A stretch of 53,717 nucleotides of DNA, the filler included, from Catajapyx aquilonaris (taxonomy: Eukaryota), in NCBI GenBank assembly GCA_000934665.2. It is 3 parts of 3 records of this genome, joined end to end, with 100 filler letters (N's around TTAATTAATTAA, not from the genome) between each part and the next. Parts side by side here need not be neighbours in the genome. Positions count along the whole stretch, not along the records: positions 1 to 17,864 come from JYFJ02006858.1; 2 more parts are not named here. The stretch is one strand, 5' to 3'. The notes under the pieces are model-generated. The model had not been told where the DNA came from. It made no database searches and saw only the letters and a program-made list of their open reading frames with translations. Position 1 is the stretch's first letter. Each line of letters opens with the position of its first letter. The position numbers and the translations under genes were made by a program. This document shows positions 1 to 11,102 of this stretch, piece after piece.

Positions 1-80
1 AAAAACAACAATTGATTGTTGTTTATTACATTACTTTACCATGGAAACAGTCCCGTGTGAAGAACGAGCTCCGCTGCTAG
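1..80 (+). mobile_element. 3' end of a Helitron-like element
   Basis: CCCGTGTGAAGAACGAG (degenerate hairpin) then CTAG|T at 77-81; similar to the end at 12122-12152. Confidence 0.55.
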
Positions 81-1149
81 TAAATAAATAAATCTGAGAG
101 TCATATACAAATGGTTCGTTTGTTTGTCCCACTTCTATTAGATAAATACGTAGATGAATATAATAAGTAGTAAGTAGTTGCAATGTAACGCAGGGTTTGT
201 CCGCTTCTTTTTGATTGGGTCACAAATTGACCCAACGGACCGTGACCAAACCAACAATTATTAATAAACAACCCCGTGTGAACCCAATTAATATGCAATG
301 AGTGATTATGGGTATCCTCTTTGGAAAACAAAGCTATTATAAGGGCATACCGTGCAACCCACTGAACTTGAACCTCTCACGGAACTATTTTTTCTTGTTT
401 GTCAACCTTGGCTATACTACGCAAGGCCGTACATTTTTTTTTTTTTTTTGAAAACCTGAAAAAAATATGGGCACATGGCCATACGAGAATAAGCCAACAG
501 TGAGAACACCCGGCCAGAATAATATAATTACCATTTGCCAAAAAGGTGTGTGCGGAAGAGTTTTTTTTTGTATGAGAATACTGCTGCATAAATTTTTTTA
601 AAAAAGGGTTATAGGGTACCCTGTAGTGCATCCGGGGTCAAAAAAATAGTGAGACAAATAAGACAAGAAAGGTCGTAGGGTATCGAGTATCCGCGTCCTC
701 ACCCAACTTACAGCTAACGAAAAAGGGGTCAAAGTTCTTCGACTCACTAAAAACGCCGCAATCTAATCTTATGTCACTCCTAGCTGCATGCTGGGAATAT
801 TGTTGCCACTAAATTTTTGATTAACAAAACTATAACTATCCCAGATGGGTGCGCAAAGCACGTGATATTTACAACACAAATAACACTTAAAAATATTAAA
901 GACGCGGGTAATATTTAATTACCCAGACGCCAAAATTAACCCAGACATACACAGCGTCCTAAATATAGGCCATTGTTAGATTATTAGTTACTGTGTTACT
1001 TCATTTGCTCATAAATATAGCTAAATTATGTAAATATATACAGTAAAAGCAATTAATATAAAATATAAAAATACTAGAAATTATACAACTAAAAATTACA
1101 GTTATTATACAATACTAAAAATTACGCAAAATAAGTTGACAAAATATTT

Positions 1150-1360
1150 AATATTTAATATAATTTATAATTTATAACATTAAATATTAAATATAATTGA
1201 TAATTTATAACATTAAATATTAAATGTAATTGATAATTTATAGAATATAAAATATTACATATAATTGATAATTTATAGAATATAAAATATTACATATAAT
1301 TGATAATTTATAAAATATAAAATATTACATATATAATTGATAATTTATAAAATATAATAT
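1150..1360. repeat. AT-rich minisatellite, ~27-35 bp unit
   Basis: Repeated ATTGATAATTTATA(G)AATATAAAATATTACATATA within an AT-rich tract at ~1000-1700. Confidence 0.8.
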
Positions 1361-2040
1361 GCAGCATAATAGAATTGATATAGAATATCGCATAAAATAA
1401 TTAACACAAAATAATATAAAACAATATTAATAAATACATAAATTCATATAAAATTATGTAAATAATTAATATGAAAACATGTAAATCATTACCTAAAATA
1501 TATAAAATGTGTAACAGCAATTAATTTAAAATTATGCACAATAATAACAATCATACCAAATATTTAATAGAACTAACAATAGACCTATAAAGCAATCGAT
1601 ATAGAATATGGTATGAAATAATTAATACAAAATTACATTATAAGTGATAAACATAATACATTATAAATATATTTTTAAATTAGACAAAAATTAACTCAGG
1701 CATATCTGGATTAATTGCACATTGGTGCCAAAGTGTCCTTAATTTTTTTAAAATCATTGCAAATTTGTGTAATAATATTCTTCCTTGGAAGATATCACTG
1801 TCGCATAATGATCCTGGTTTCTCGTGATTGGCTGATTTCCATCACGTGACCCACCCAAGTCTTGATCAAAATTCTGCGAAACACCATCGCAACAATCCTC
1901 ATGTAATCCTCTTCCGGAAGGATAATAATGTATATTCCTCATGAGTACATTCCCAAGAAGGGACGAAACGCGTGGCCCTCACACCACCTCAACGCATGCG
2001 TACCTCATTGGACAGGCAACCCCCCTTCCTTCTGGTGTGG

Positions 2041-2164
2041 TGACGTCACGTGGGAAGGAGGGTTGCTGCATGGTGGAGGTTGCTGGGGGTGGGAAGAGAG
2101 GAGGGGGTGAAAAGAAGTTCGGTTCAAATGAGTAGAGTCGTCCCCCGTGGCGGTCAGTTCAGTC
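2041..2164 (+). promoter_or_regulatory. Candidate PLA2 core promoter (CRE/E-box plus initiator)
   Basis: TGACGTCA (2041-2048) overlaps CACGTG (2047-2052); overlapping TCAGTT/TCAGTC (2154-2164) match the arthropod Inr TCAKTY ~25 nt before the ATG. Confidence 0.4.
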
Positions 2165-2185
2165 TTGGGTAGCCCTCTTGAAGCA

Positions 2186-2403
2186 ATGTGGTCATCCGTC
2201 TCTCTCTTGGTGGTGGTGGTGCTTGCCGGTGTTTCTTCAGGTTTCATTGCCGGCAACCACTCTTCAGCTGAGGATGGTCAGAAGTTGAGGAACTTCGTCT
2301 CCAGCGATGCCCTAGCTGATGGTGAAAGGGAGACACGGGTGTTCTTCAATGGGGTGTCAGCCAAGCAAACATGGGTCAAGACAGTCAATGGTGATGGACA
2401 AAG
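2186..2403 (+). CDS. Group III secretory phospholipase A2, coding exon 1 (signal peptide)
   Basis: ATG at 2186; MWSSVSLLVVVVLAGVSSG is a hydrophobic signal peptide; donor AG|GTAAG at 2403/2404 (phase 2) joins in frame to 5841. Confidence 0.85.
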
Positions 2404-2749
2404 GTAAGAACTGGAGGAAGCTTATGAAACATATTGTTAGGGACACTTGACCCGGATGGTGCTCATCCGGAGTAAAACCGCATGAAAGGGATTTCCACCG
2501 GCTTATAGATTGTTGTTAGAAAGTTTCCAAAATTTGACCCCCCCCCCCCACCTCCGAAAGGAAACTTGAGGGGGGGTTGAAGTAGATGTTAAACCGATGA
2601 AAAGGTCAACAAGGGTTTATGAACGAGGCTGTAGTTTTGAAGTGAAAGCGTTTCAAAAAAAAAAAAAACACTTTCTAATTTTCCATCAACAACTAATTGG
2701 CGTTTATCGAAACTGTGTCGCCATCTATTGTACCAATCTTATTCCTAAA

Positions 2750-3060
2750 AGTGTGATTCGAGTAGACTTTTTCTCATTGCCAACTTGACAACAATGGCAT
2801 AGAATGTCAGTGTCATTTCTCGTTGTCAAGTACGTAGAGACTGTAGGCTTGACCTTGGCCAATAGAATGGGCTCGGAAAACCGGAAGTGGCCGGTCACCG
2901 GAAGTTGACCATGAAATCTATTTTGGTCAGGCTGAATCCGACTCCGAATACCATTTGTCTCTAACTCACACGGTTTAGGCCCTTGATACCTGTCCACGGA
3001 CGGACGGACGGACAGAGCCCGTTCCATAAAACGTTTTTCGACCGAGAAAAAGTCTAAAAA
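2750..3060 (-). mobile_element. HINE/DINE-1-like non-autonomous Helentron
   Basis: Inverted subterminal repeats AGACTTTTTCTC (2764-2775) and GAGAAAAAGTCT (3044-3055); (GTCC)n microsatellite near the 5' end; related heads at 17615-17864. Confidence 0.55.
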
Positions 3061-4022
3061 GCGGTCCCTTAATAGCCTAATTTATCGAAATAGTGGCGCC
3101 ATCTCTTGTTCCTAAAAATCAGTCTGTTAATAGCTTAATTTATCGAAATAGTGGAGCCATCTATTGCCCCGTTCTTCTCTCTTTAAAAAAAAGCGTACCC
3201 TTAATAATGTAACAACACGACCTGGATACAACCGGTTGTAATGCTCAAAATCTAGCTGTACATGCCATATAATTCGTACAAAGTGCCAAAAAAAATTCTG
3301 ATGATTTTTGGCACTCAGGTACAGTAGGTGACCTCGCTAATTTATAATGTACAGTGGCCAATTTCTCTTAACAATTCAGGACACGTTCATTTGTAATATT
3401 AAATGCCTTCCAACGTGTGAAATTCGGCCCCGTAAGCTTTCACGACACCGCAAAAAAAAATTACGAAAAGAAAATGGAAATGTGTCTTCCTCTTCAGAAT
3501 ATTACACGTGCGCATTATCTTTTTGAAAAAATTATCACAATCTGTATTTACGATTATAGGAAATTATATGCCAAATCATTAAAAAAACAGCACTTGAAAA
3601 ATCCAATATTCATCAAAAAAATTATGACCAAAATTCAATTTCCTTTCGATGTTAGGACCACCCCAAAAAAACAAGTGTCCTTGGGTAGTTATAACTGTTT
3701 TGGTCATTCATTACTTCTTTGTATACCTAAGGTCACCATACCCCTGGACCGGTTGGGAAGGTCGTCCCTCCTACCCACTTTTTAAGTGTCTTTGCCCCCT
3801 GCGGCAACCCTGAATGACTCTGTAATAAGAAACCTTCTGATATCCCGTCTGATATCCCGTCTAGATTTTTATGACACTGCAGCAAAAATGTGCGATAAGA
3901 CTTCAACTTTGCATACTCTGCACATCACGAGACAAACAAGTTTAAGAAAAAAAAAATTGGTGCCAATATGACATAATATCGGATAATATTTATTTAATTA
4001 ATTTTTAGTAAATAAATAAATA

Positions 4023-4248
4023 CCGTCAAATCGGATGAGATTGTGCCAGGTGGGGTGAGATTGTTCCATGGCATAACAACAGTGGGCCCTTCTGCTAATT
4101 TTACTCGTCGTTTCCAACCTTGACCATCATCCCTCAATGTAGTAAAACATGACTAAATACGCTTGCTGCCAGTAGGGCGTAACTGTTGTCCAAAAAATGT
4201 GCTGGCACAGTGTCACCCCACCTGGCACAATCTCACCCCGTTTAACTG
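4023..4248. mobile_element. pogo/Tigger-like MITE
   Basis: TA flanks; imperfect ~45-bp TIRs containing GAGATTGTGCCAGGTGGGGTGA / TCACCCCACCTGGCACAATCTC. Confidence 0.8.
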
Positions 4249-4319
4249 TAAATAATTTACTGTTCATAAATGCAGTTATTAGAAGGAAAAGGAAAGGAGG
4301 AAATTTTATATTATTTATT

Positions 4320-4650
4320 TTTATTTCATTTTAATTACTTTTAATTAATTTATCAATATTTTATTTCATATGAATTACTTTTAATTAATTTATCAATATT
4401 TTATTTCATTTTAATTACTTTTAATTAATTTATCAATATTTTATTTCATTTTAATTACTTTTAATTAATTTATCAATATTTTATTTCATTTTAATTACTT
4501 TTAATTAATTTAGCAATATTTTATTTCGTATGAATTACTATTAATTAATTTAGCAATATTTTATTTCGTATGAATTACTATTAATTAATTTAGCAATATT
4601 TTATTTCGTATTAATTACTATTAATTTATTTAGCAATATTTTATTTCATT
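4320..4650. repeat. 40-bp AT-rich minisatellite, ~8 copies
   Basis: Unit TTTTATTTCATTTTAATTACTTTTAATTAATTTATCAATA, followed by low-complexity AT sequence to ~5270. Confidence 0.9.
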
Positions 4651-5840
4651 TAAGCAGTTAAATTTTAATAACCAGTATTGATGCTATTTAATCACTCATT
4701 TATTTTTATTTATTCAATTTTAATCAGTTAAATTCGTTTATGTACTAGTTTGTTTATTCGTTTATTTAATTAAATTAATTTTAATCAATCAATTACTCAA
4801 TTAATTAGATTGCTTATTTATTTTTATTTATTCAATTTAATTAATTTTCAATTAATTAGTTTATTTCATTTAATTAAGTTTAATCGCTTAATATATCTAT
4901 TTTATTTATTCCATTTAATTAAATTGATAGATAAATTTATCTATTTTATTTATTCCAATTCTTTAATTGTCAATCAATTCGTTAATTTATTACATTTAAT
5001 CAATTGATTTGTTAATTTTTTCATTTCTAATAATTTTTAATTAGGTTATTTATTTTAGTCACTGATTTACTTATTTATTCCGTTTTAATTAGTGATAATT
5101 AACTAATTAAGTTTCATTTCATTTCAAGTGATTAATTTTTAACTAATTAGTCAACTAGTTTATTAATTTTATTTAATCACTTATTTATTTCATTTCATCA
5201 CTTATATATTTTATTTAATCACTTATTTATTCATTTTAAATTAGTTAAATATTAATTTCATTACTTTACCGCGATAAGTGCAGTAGTTGTTAGAAGGAAA
5301 TCCGTAGATGGCGCACTCTGCTGGGGCACGACATGACGCAGGCGTTTAAATCGCTATTCCCCCATCAAAGTTAGGCCTGGACAGGTTATCCAGGCATGGA
5401 ATCGCTTCCCCCTGTTTGAGGGAGGGAGATTGTTCCCCGCAGTTTAAGTAAAGAACTTCCTGGTAAAATCCCTAATGTCTGTTAACCCTCCAGTGCTCCG
5501 GAAATGTCCGCTGAAATGAACAAACCCTCTGGTTCCTCCCTGTGTCCCAGGATAATCCTTACCGAACAAGAAGTGCCGAATGCAATTTCCGAGTTTTGTC
5601 CCACCACCGACACTTAGGCTATAGGACCAAATGTGAAGCAGAGCATAATAATTTTTTTGCCAAAGTCCAAAAAAGCTAGGCGAGACAACCAACCTAACCT
5701 ATCTCCCAAAAATAGTGCCTAGAGATAGAGAGGTGTCGGTTGCCAAGAGGATTTCTGGCAGGCGTCCCTGATGAAATGGGACAGACTGGTTTTTATGGGT
5801 TTAATCGAGAGGGGGACCTACACTTTGGATTCTTTTGCAG

Positions 5841-6015
5841 CCATGGGTTGAGGCTGTGGCAGGTCACAGACGGGTCACACTTCATCCAGTTGATCTACAC
5901 GGTGGATGGGAGTCTTCAGGATTGCGAATACCTCAAGGAGTCTCATGTGGTGCAGGATTTCTTGGATTCGTTCAATGATGATGTGGAAAGAGCTAAAGGA
6001 CAGGAGGAACTACAG
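5841..6015 (+). CDS. Group III sPLA2, exon 2 (propeptide)
   Basis: Acceptor TCTTTTGCAG|; reads (S)HGLRLWQVTDGSHFIQLIYTVDGSLQDCEYL...GQEELQ; donor CAG|GTACAG (phase 0); frame consistent with both neighbouring exons. Confidence 0.85.
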
Positions 6016-6281
6016 GTACAGTGGTCACTACTATACCCTCCACGAATTCACCACAAGAACACCTAAAACTAATAAGGGCGAAAGTCGCATCCGCGCCATG
6101 TACTGACTCAATAGGGATTAGTACGGAACGTGCATGCGACTTTCACCCTTACTGGTTTTCGGTACCGGCGGTACGGCGCTACACTTTTAAGAATTTTTTG
6201 CGGAACTTCTATAAGGCGTAAATGAATGCGGTTTTCGGCTAATTCACAAGCAAATATCACACAGTATATCAATCATTTCAG

Positions 6282-6508
6282 GAGCAGTTGGACCAATTGG
6301 ATGCCAAGGATTTTACAGAGTTTCATAACGTGACATTCAGAGTCATTGGTGATTACGAGACACTTCCTGATGATCTCCAAAGACTTGTGGACTACAGAAG
6401 TCTTAGGGCTGAGTGTAAGCAACAACATAAGGAGCTGAAGAGGCTTGTACACACCAAGAAACATGGAAGTGAAGAGGAGAAGAGAAGAGCTGAAGAGCAA
6501 ATCAACAG
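6282..6508 (+). CDS. Group III sPLA2, exon 3 (propeptide)
   Basis: Acceptor CATTTCAG|; reads EQLDQLDAKDFTEFHNVTF...RRAEEQIN; donor AG|GTATTG (phase 2) fits both catalytic exons. Confidence 0.85.
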
Positions 6509-6682
6509 GTATTGTTGTGACAACAGTGTTAAATATTGCAAGCATGCATTTTTATAAGTTCTATCGCAATTCTGGTGTGGTTTATTTTAAAGGAAGTGCT
6601 TTTAAAATATTCCTGAGGAGGACCCCCTCCTCATCTGCAAAGGTGTTTTTTGAGTTATAATTTTTTTCCACTTCTGTTGTTT

Positions 6683-6699
6683 TCCGTTCCGAGAGGTCA
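6683..6699 (+). promoter_or_regulatory. Putative splicing docking site
   Basis: TCCGTTCCGAGAGGTCA is reverse-complementary to 8653-8670 (17 bp, one bulge) and to 9040-9051 (10 WC + 2 GU pairs, one bulge). Confidence 0.7.
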
Positions 6700-7758
6700 T
6701 TTTTAAGTAGACACGGTCAAGGTTGTAGGTTTTAAGTTGGGTTCGCAATTCTATTTCTTATTTCCAAATGCTTCTCAGTTTGATTTGCATGGCTTTTCCC
6801 CACACGTATATGTCGCGCTTCACCTACTAACAGCTTATTGTTTATTAACATATTCTCACATTATTTTTTTTTTGGAATGAATTTAATTTTTACTAACTAT
6901 TGCAAATTGACTGTCCCACATTGTGATAACTGCTACTGTGTTTGTCCATAGCGAAAGTGGAGGTTGTCAGCCTTGACAACACCCATTTTCTATTTAGCAT
7001 GATTGAAGACAGGTTTTTTTTTTTTTAAAAAAAGTTGACCTACAGTTTCAGTCATGCTGTGAACCCCCAAGGGTGGTCCACATTAACCATGTGCATCCTA
7101 AACTATTTAAATACAAAAAAGCGCTTTAATTCACGGACCTGCTGCTGTGATTGTGACTATTTTTGTGCTGTGTCACGTCCGCTTAGCTGCTAATTTGCTT
7201 AAGGGTATGCTAAGTGACCATTCTTCTTAAGTCGAATACAGACACGTGATCGTGACCTGACAATACAATCAATAGCTTTGTAGGCAGGAGAAACTAGGGG
7301 AACTCATTAAAAAAAAATTATCATACTAATATTTTCACTAATAATATCAATTATCTTCAGGATTTCAAGGGCATATTACAAAATATTAGAAATTTGATTG
7401 ATACTTAACACTTCAGTAATCATCTTAGTAATAACACTTTTTTTGTGCATTATGATGAAACAATGCATGGTAACTATTATTCTAATAACCTTGAGCATAC
7501 TTCTTAAACAATAATTGCATCATTTGCATGCCCATTTTTTCCAAACTTTTGATAGGTTATTTGAATTTAAAATGACAATTGCATGTGTTGATCACTACGT
7601 GCATCTCTTACATAATTTAATATAACTTCATAAAAATAATTACTATCCACTTCCTTGTTCTTAACACGCAATGGGCTGACTCTATGATAGTATAGTGAAT
7701 GTACTGTACATATCGGGTATGCCCATTTGGATGGACCGACCCGATGTTCACAATCCTA

Positions 7759-8464
7759 CACTGTAAACTGCAAAGTGCCACATAGCATTAACAGAGCATC
7801 GGTCATGGAAAAACAATTGAAAAAAAATGTTCTTGCGATGCTCTTTTAATGTTTTTGTTGCTAAAAGCATCAAAAAACATTACAAGAGCATTAAAGAGCA
7901 TTAACAACTAATGTTCCACGAGAGAATCAGTAGTGATGCTCTTGTAATACGCTTGTAATGCCTTTTGCTGCTGAAAAGCATCAAAAACAATTACAAAAGA
8001 ATTACAAGAGTATTAATAATTGATGTTCCATGGGAGACTCATCAGTGATGCTCTTCTAATGCTTTTTGTTCCTTTGTAGCAACAAAAACATTAAAAGAGC
8101 ATTACAAGAGCATTAAAGAGCATAAACAATTGACCATTGTTTTTGTTGCTAAAAGGCAACGAAAAGCATTACAAGAGCATCACTGGTGAGTGTCTCATAG
8201 AGCACCAATTTTTAATGCTCTTGTAATGTTCTTGTGGTGCTCTTTTAATGTTTTGTTGACTTTGAGCGACAAAAAGCATTACAAGAGCATTAAGGAGCAT
8301 AAACAATTGATGTTCCATGAGAGACTCAGTAGTGATGCTCTTGTAATGCTTTTTGTCGCTTAAAAGCAACAAAACATTAACAGAGCATCACAAGAGCATT
8401 AAAAATTGATGCTCCATGGGACACTCACAAGTGATGCTCTTGTAATGTTTTGACGTTTACAGTG
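7759..8464. mobile_element. Non-autonomous CACTA/EnSpm-like element
   Basis: Ends CACTGTAAAC / GTTTACAGTG; the interior is many direct and inverted copies of AGCATTACAAGAGCAT. Confidence 0.65.
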
Positions 8465-8652
8465 CAGACATAAGATTGCGCACGAGACCTTGACATACCA
8501 GGTTAAATCGGTACGATCCAGTACCTAGAACACAATGCACCTCTGTACGCAATCTTATCAACACAGACCTCGTAGACCGTGGGTATGACTAACATCTAAC
8601 AGTATTGAAGTTTCACGTTTGTAGACCTTATACCTGACCGTACCGGTACGTT

Positions 8653-8670
8653 TGACCTCCTCGGAACGGA
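8653..8670 (+). promoter_or_regulatory. Putative selector sequence A
   Basis: TGACCTCCTCGGAACGGA, ending 43 nt upstream of exon 4A; pairs with 6683-6699. Confidence 0.7.
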
Positions 8671-8713
8671 CACTTCTGTTGTCCGATATTAGAATCTCCG
8701 GTATTGTTTACAG

Positions 8714-8926
8714 GTTCAAACGCGAGGTATTCATCCTACCTGGCACCCTCTGGTGCGGTAAAGGTGCCGTTGCTGACAACTACGACCAGTTCGGACCATA
8801 CGCGGGTGCTGACCGATGCTGCCGAGAACACGATCACTGCCCATTCCTTATCCAAGGTTTCAGCGAAAAGTACAACCATTTCAATTATCGAATGCATACC
8901 ATCAGTCATTGTGACTGTGATGACAG
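8714..8926 (+). CDS. Group III sPLA2 catalytic exon 4A
   Basis: TTTACAG| acceptor, AG|GTAC donor, 213 nt. (R)FKR furin-type site, then PGTLWCGKG (Ca2+ loop), DRCCREHDHC (His-Asp active site) and HCDCDDR, all hallmarks of group III PLA2. Confidence 0.95.
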
Positions 8927-9039
8927 GTACGATTATTCTATTTGTATATGTAACGAGTATACAACAGGTACGGTACGGTGTACACAATCGCGGCTAACGA
9001 AGCAGGTCCGTGAAATTCGCGCAATTGTTGGGTGCCCTT

Positions 9040-9051
9040 TGACCCTCGGGG
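9040..9051 (+). promoter_or_regulatory. Putative selector sequence B
   Basis: TGACCCTCGGGG, ending 27 nt upstream of exon 4B; pairs with 6687-6699, overlapping selector A's target. Confidence 0.55.
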
Positions 9052-9078
9052 ATTGTTGTTGTTGGTCACCGTTTGCAG

Positions 9079-9303
9079 ACAGAAGCGTGACCTGAGTGAC
9101 ATAATGCACTTGCCTGGAACCAAATGGTGTGGTAGGGGCTTCAGGGCCAAAAAGTACTCCCAGCTTGGAGCATACTCCAGGATTGACCGATGCTGCCGTA
9201 CACATGACCTCTCATGTCCCTTCTTCATCGAGGGATTTCAAGAGAAGTATGGACTGTTTAACTGGAGGATGCATACCATCATGCATTGCTCATGCGACGA
9301 CCG
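9079..9303 (+). CDS. Group III sPLA2 catalytic exon 4B (paralogous alternative exon)
   Basis: TTTGCAG| acceptor, CG|GTGAGT donor, 225 nt. (R)QKR, PGTKWCGRG, DRCCRTHDLSC, HCSCDDR. Same phase (2-2) and same homologous boundaries as exon 4A. Confidence 0.95.
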
Positions 9304-9321
9304 GTGAGTATTCCCACAATC

Positions 9322-9853
9322 GGGGGGTTCACACTAGCGGACAGTAGCATACGAAACGAACGAAACGAAATAGTGGACCAATCAGAGCCCACTTGAGGAT
9401 GACGAAAAGTGAAAGGGATTACGAAACGGAAAATACGAAAGGAATCAACTTGTGACGGATACGGAATAATACGGAATACGGTGGCTTCCACCAATGGAAG
9501 AGCCAGGAAAGCGGCATGGGTGTGGCGAGCGAAAGTGAAAGTGAAAGTGGGAGCAGTGGGGGCAGCGCCTCTGGCGGGGGCAGGACGAAGGACCTTAGTC
9601 GCGACTCGGGAGCCGGGGGGAACGGGCTTGGGAATATGGGAGAAGAGAAGGGTACCGTACCGGTCCGAAGGGAGGGAGAGCCCCAGGGAGAGTCCTGCCA
9701 GAGAGTTCAAGCACAGCGCATGCGCTGCGGGATACGGAGACTAAGCCACGCCCCTCGCTTTTATGTGTCTGAACACCTCTCCCCAATTTCCGTTCGTTTC
9801 GTCAGACCGTTTCGTTCGTTTCGTATGCTACCGTCAGCTAGTGTGAACCCGCC
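9322..9853. mobile_element. PIF/Harbinger-like MITE
   Basis: ~45-bp TIRs GGGTTCACACTAGC..GTAGCATACGAAACGAACGAAACG and the reverse complement at ~9807-9853. Confidence 0.8.
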
Positions 9854-11102
9854 TTTGTACATTTCACAACGTATGTTCCCGATGCACAATATTGAGGCCT
9901 CGACGTATACCCCAGGGTGATCATTAGGGGTAGTTTTTAACGGGGAAGGTTTCCATCACATTGGACTTGACCTCCAAGGTCATCTTTGGCCGCAGGAGGC
10001 GAAATACCATGTCCCAATAAGGTCCAATCATGTTTATCACGCAGCTAATACCCTTCCCATAGCACCCAAAGCAGCGATTGTTCCGGCTCGGTTTCAACAG
10101 TTTATTCGGCCATTGTTTGATTTTATTACATATTGATTGGGGACAGCCGACAGCTTACGACACCTCCTAACGGATGGCGCTGCAGGCTAACGAGATAAGG
10201 CCACGAATTTCAACAAAAAAAAATCACAAAGAGAGGAAATGACACCTGCTCAGTTCATAAATATACGAATCGTGACTACGTTCTATGGGAATTCTATGGG
10301 ATTATAGCAATTGCAGGTGTCATTTCCTCTCTTTGTACTGCCGCTATTGGAACCAGGTCAAAGGTCGTATAAGACACTTTCTACACATGGATTTCAAACA
10401 TAATATTGCATACGAATCCTTAGTTACTAAGCACAATCTAACATGACTTACAAGTAATTGAGGTAGCTTCCGCATCAGAGAATGCAATAAAAAAAGTTGG
10501 AAATTACATCTAAGTACCATCATTACTTGCAAAAAAAAACATGAACGTGAACATCAAAATTATTGCACTTACAATTACTGTAAGAGGATGGCGCAAAAAA
10601 TATGTTAAAAATAACAACACATTAATAACAGGAAAAGATCGTAACGATATAATTACATGGTGCAATTACTGCGCATATGTAAACGTCATACTGGTATGTC
10701 ACGCTTTGGGGGTGGGGGGGGGGGTGTACAGTAATTCTTTTTTTGGCGGTAAAAACTGGCAGGAGACAGCTGTGGTGTGATTTACAGCCAGTTTTTGTAG
10801 CCAGAAAACCACCAGACATTCTTTCCAGTTGCTTTCGGGCAATCTAGAGACGACAAAAGGACCCCCCCCGCCCGCCCAACCCTATATTTTTTTGAAAAGG
10901 GTCAACTGAAAAGGAGGGGGAAAGACCCTCACCTGGATATTTGTCTATTCGAAAATAGAGATATCTATTTTATAATGGCAACTAGAATTTCCCACTGAAA
11001 ATCCAATTATAAATTGCTGAATCGTTATCTTATAACGGGAATTTCCAGAAGATATAATAAGTTATTTAACAATCTACCCATTGTGGTAGATGTTGCATAA
11101 TT

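Noticed and set aside
2186..9303. Calling the PLA2 a venom toxin or naming the species
   Set aside because: Group III sPLA2s are widespread in non-venomous arthropods, and the sequence alone does not identify the taxon or tissue.
9279..9920. GC-rich ORFs after exon 4B as the PLA2 continuation
   Set aside because: They lie inside a MITE and have no PLA2 cysteine pattern.
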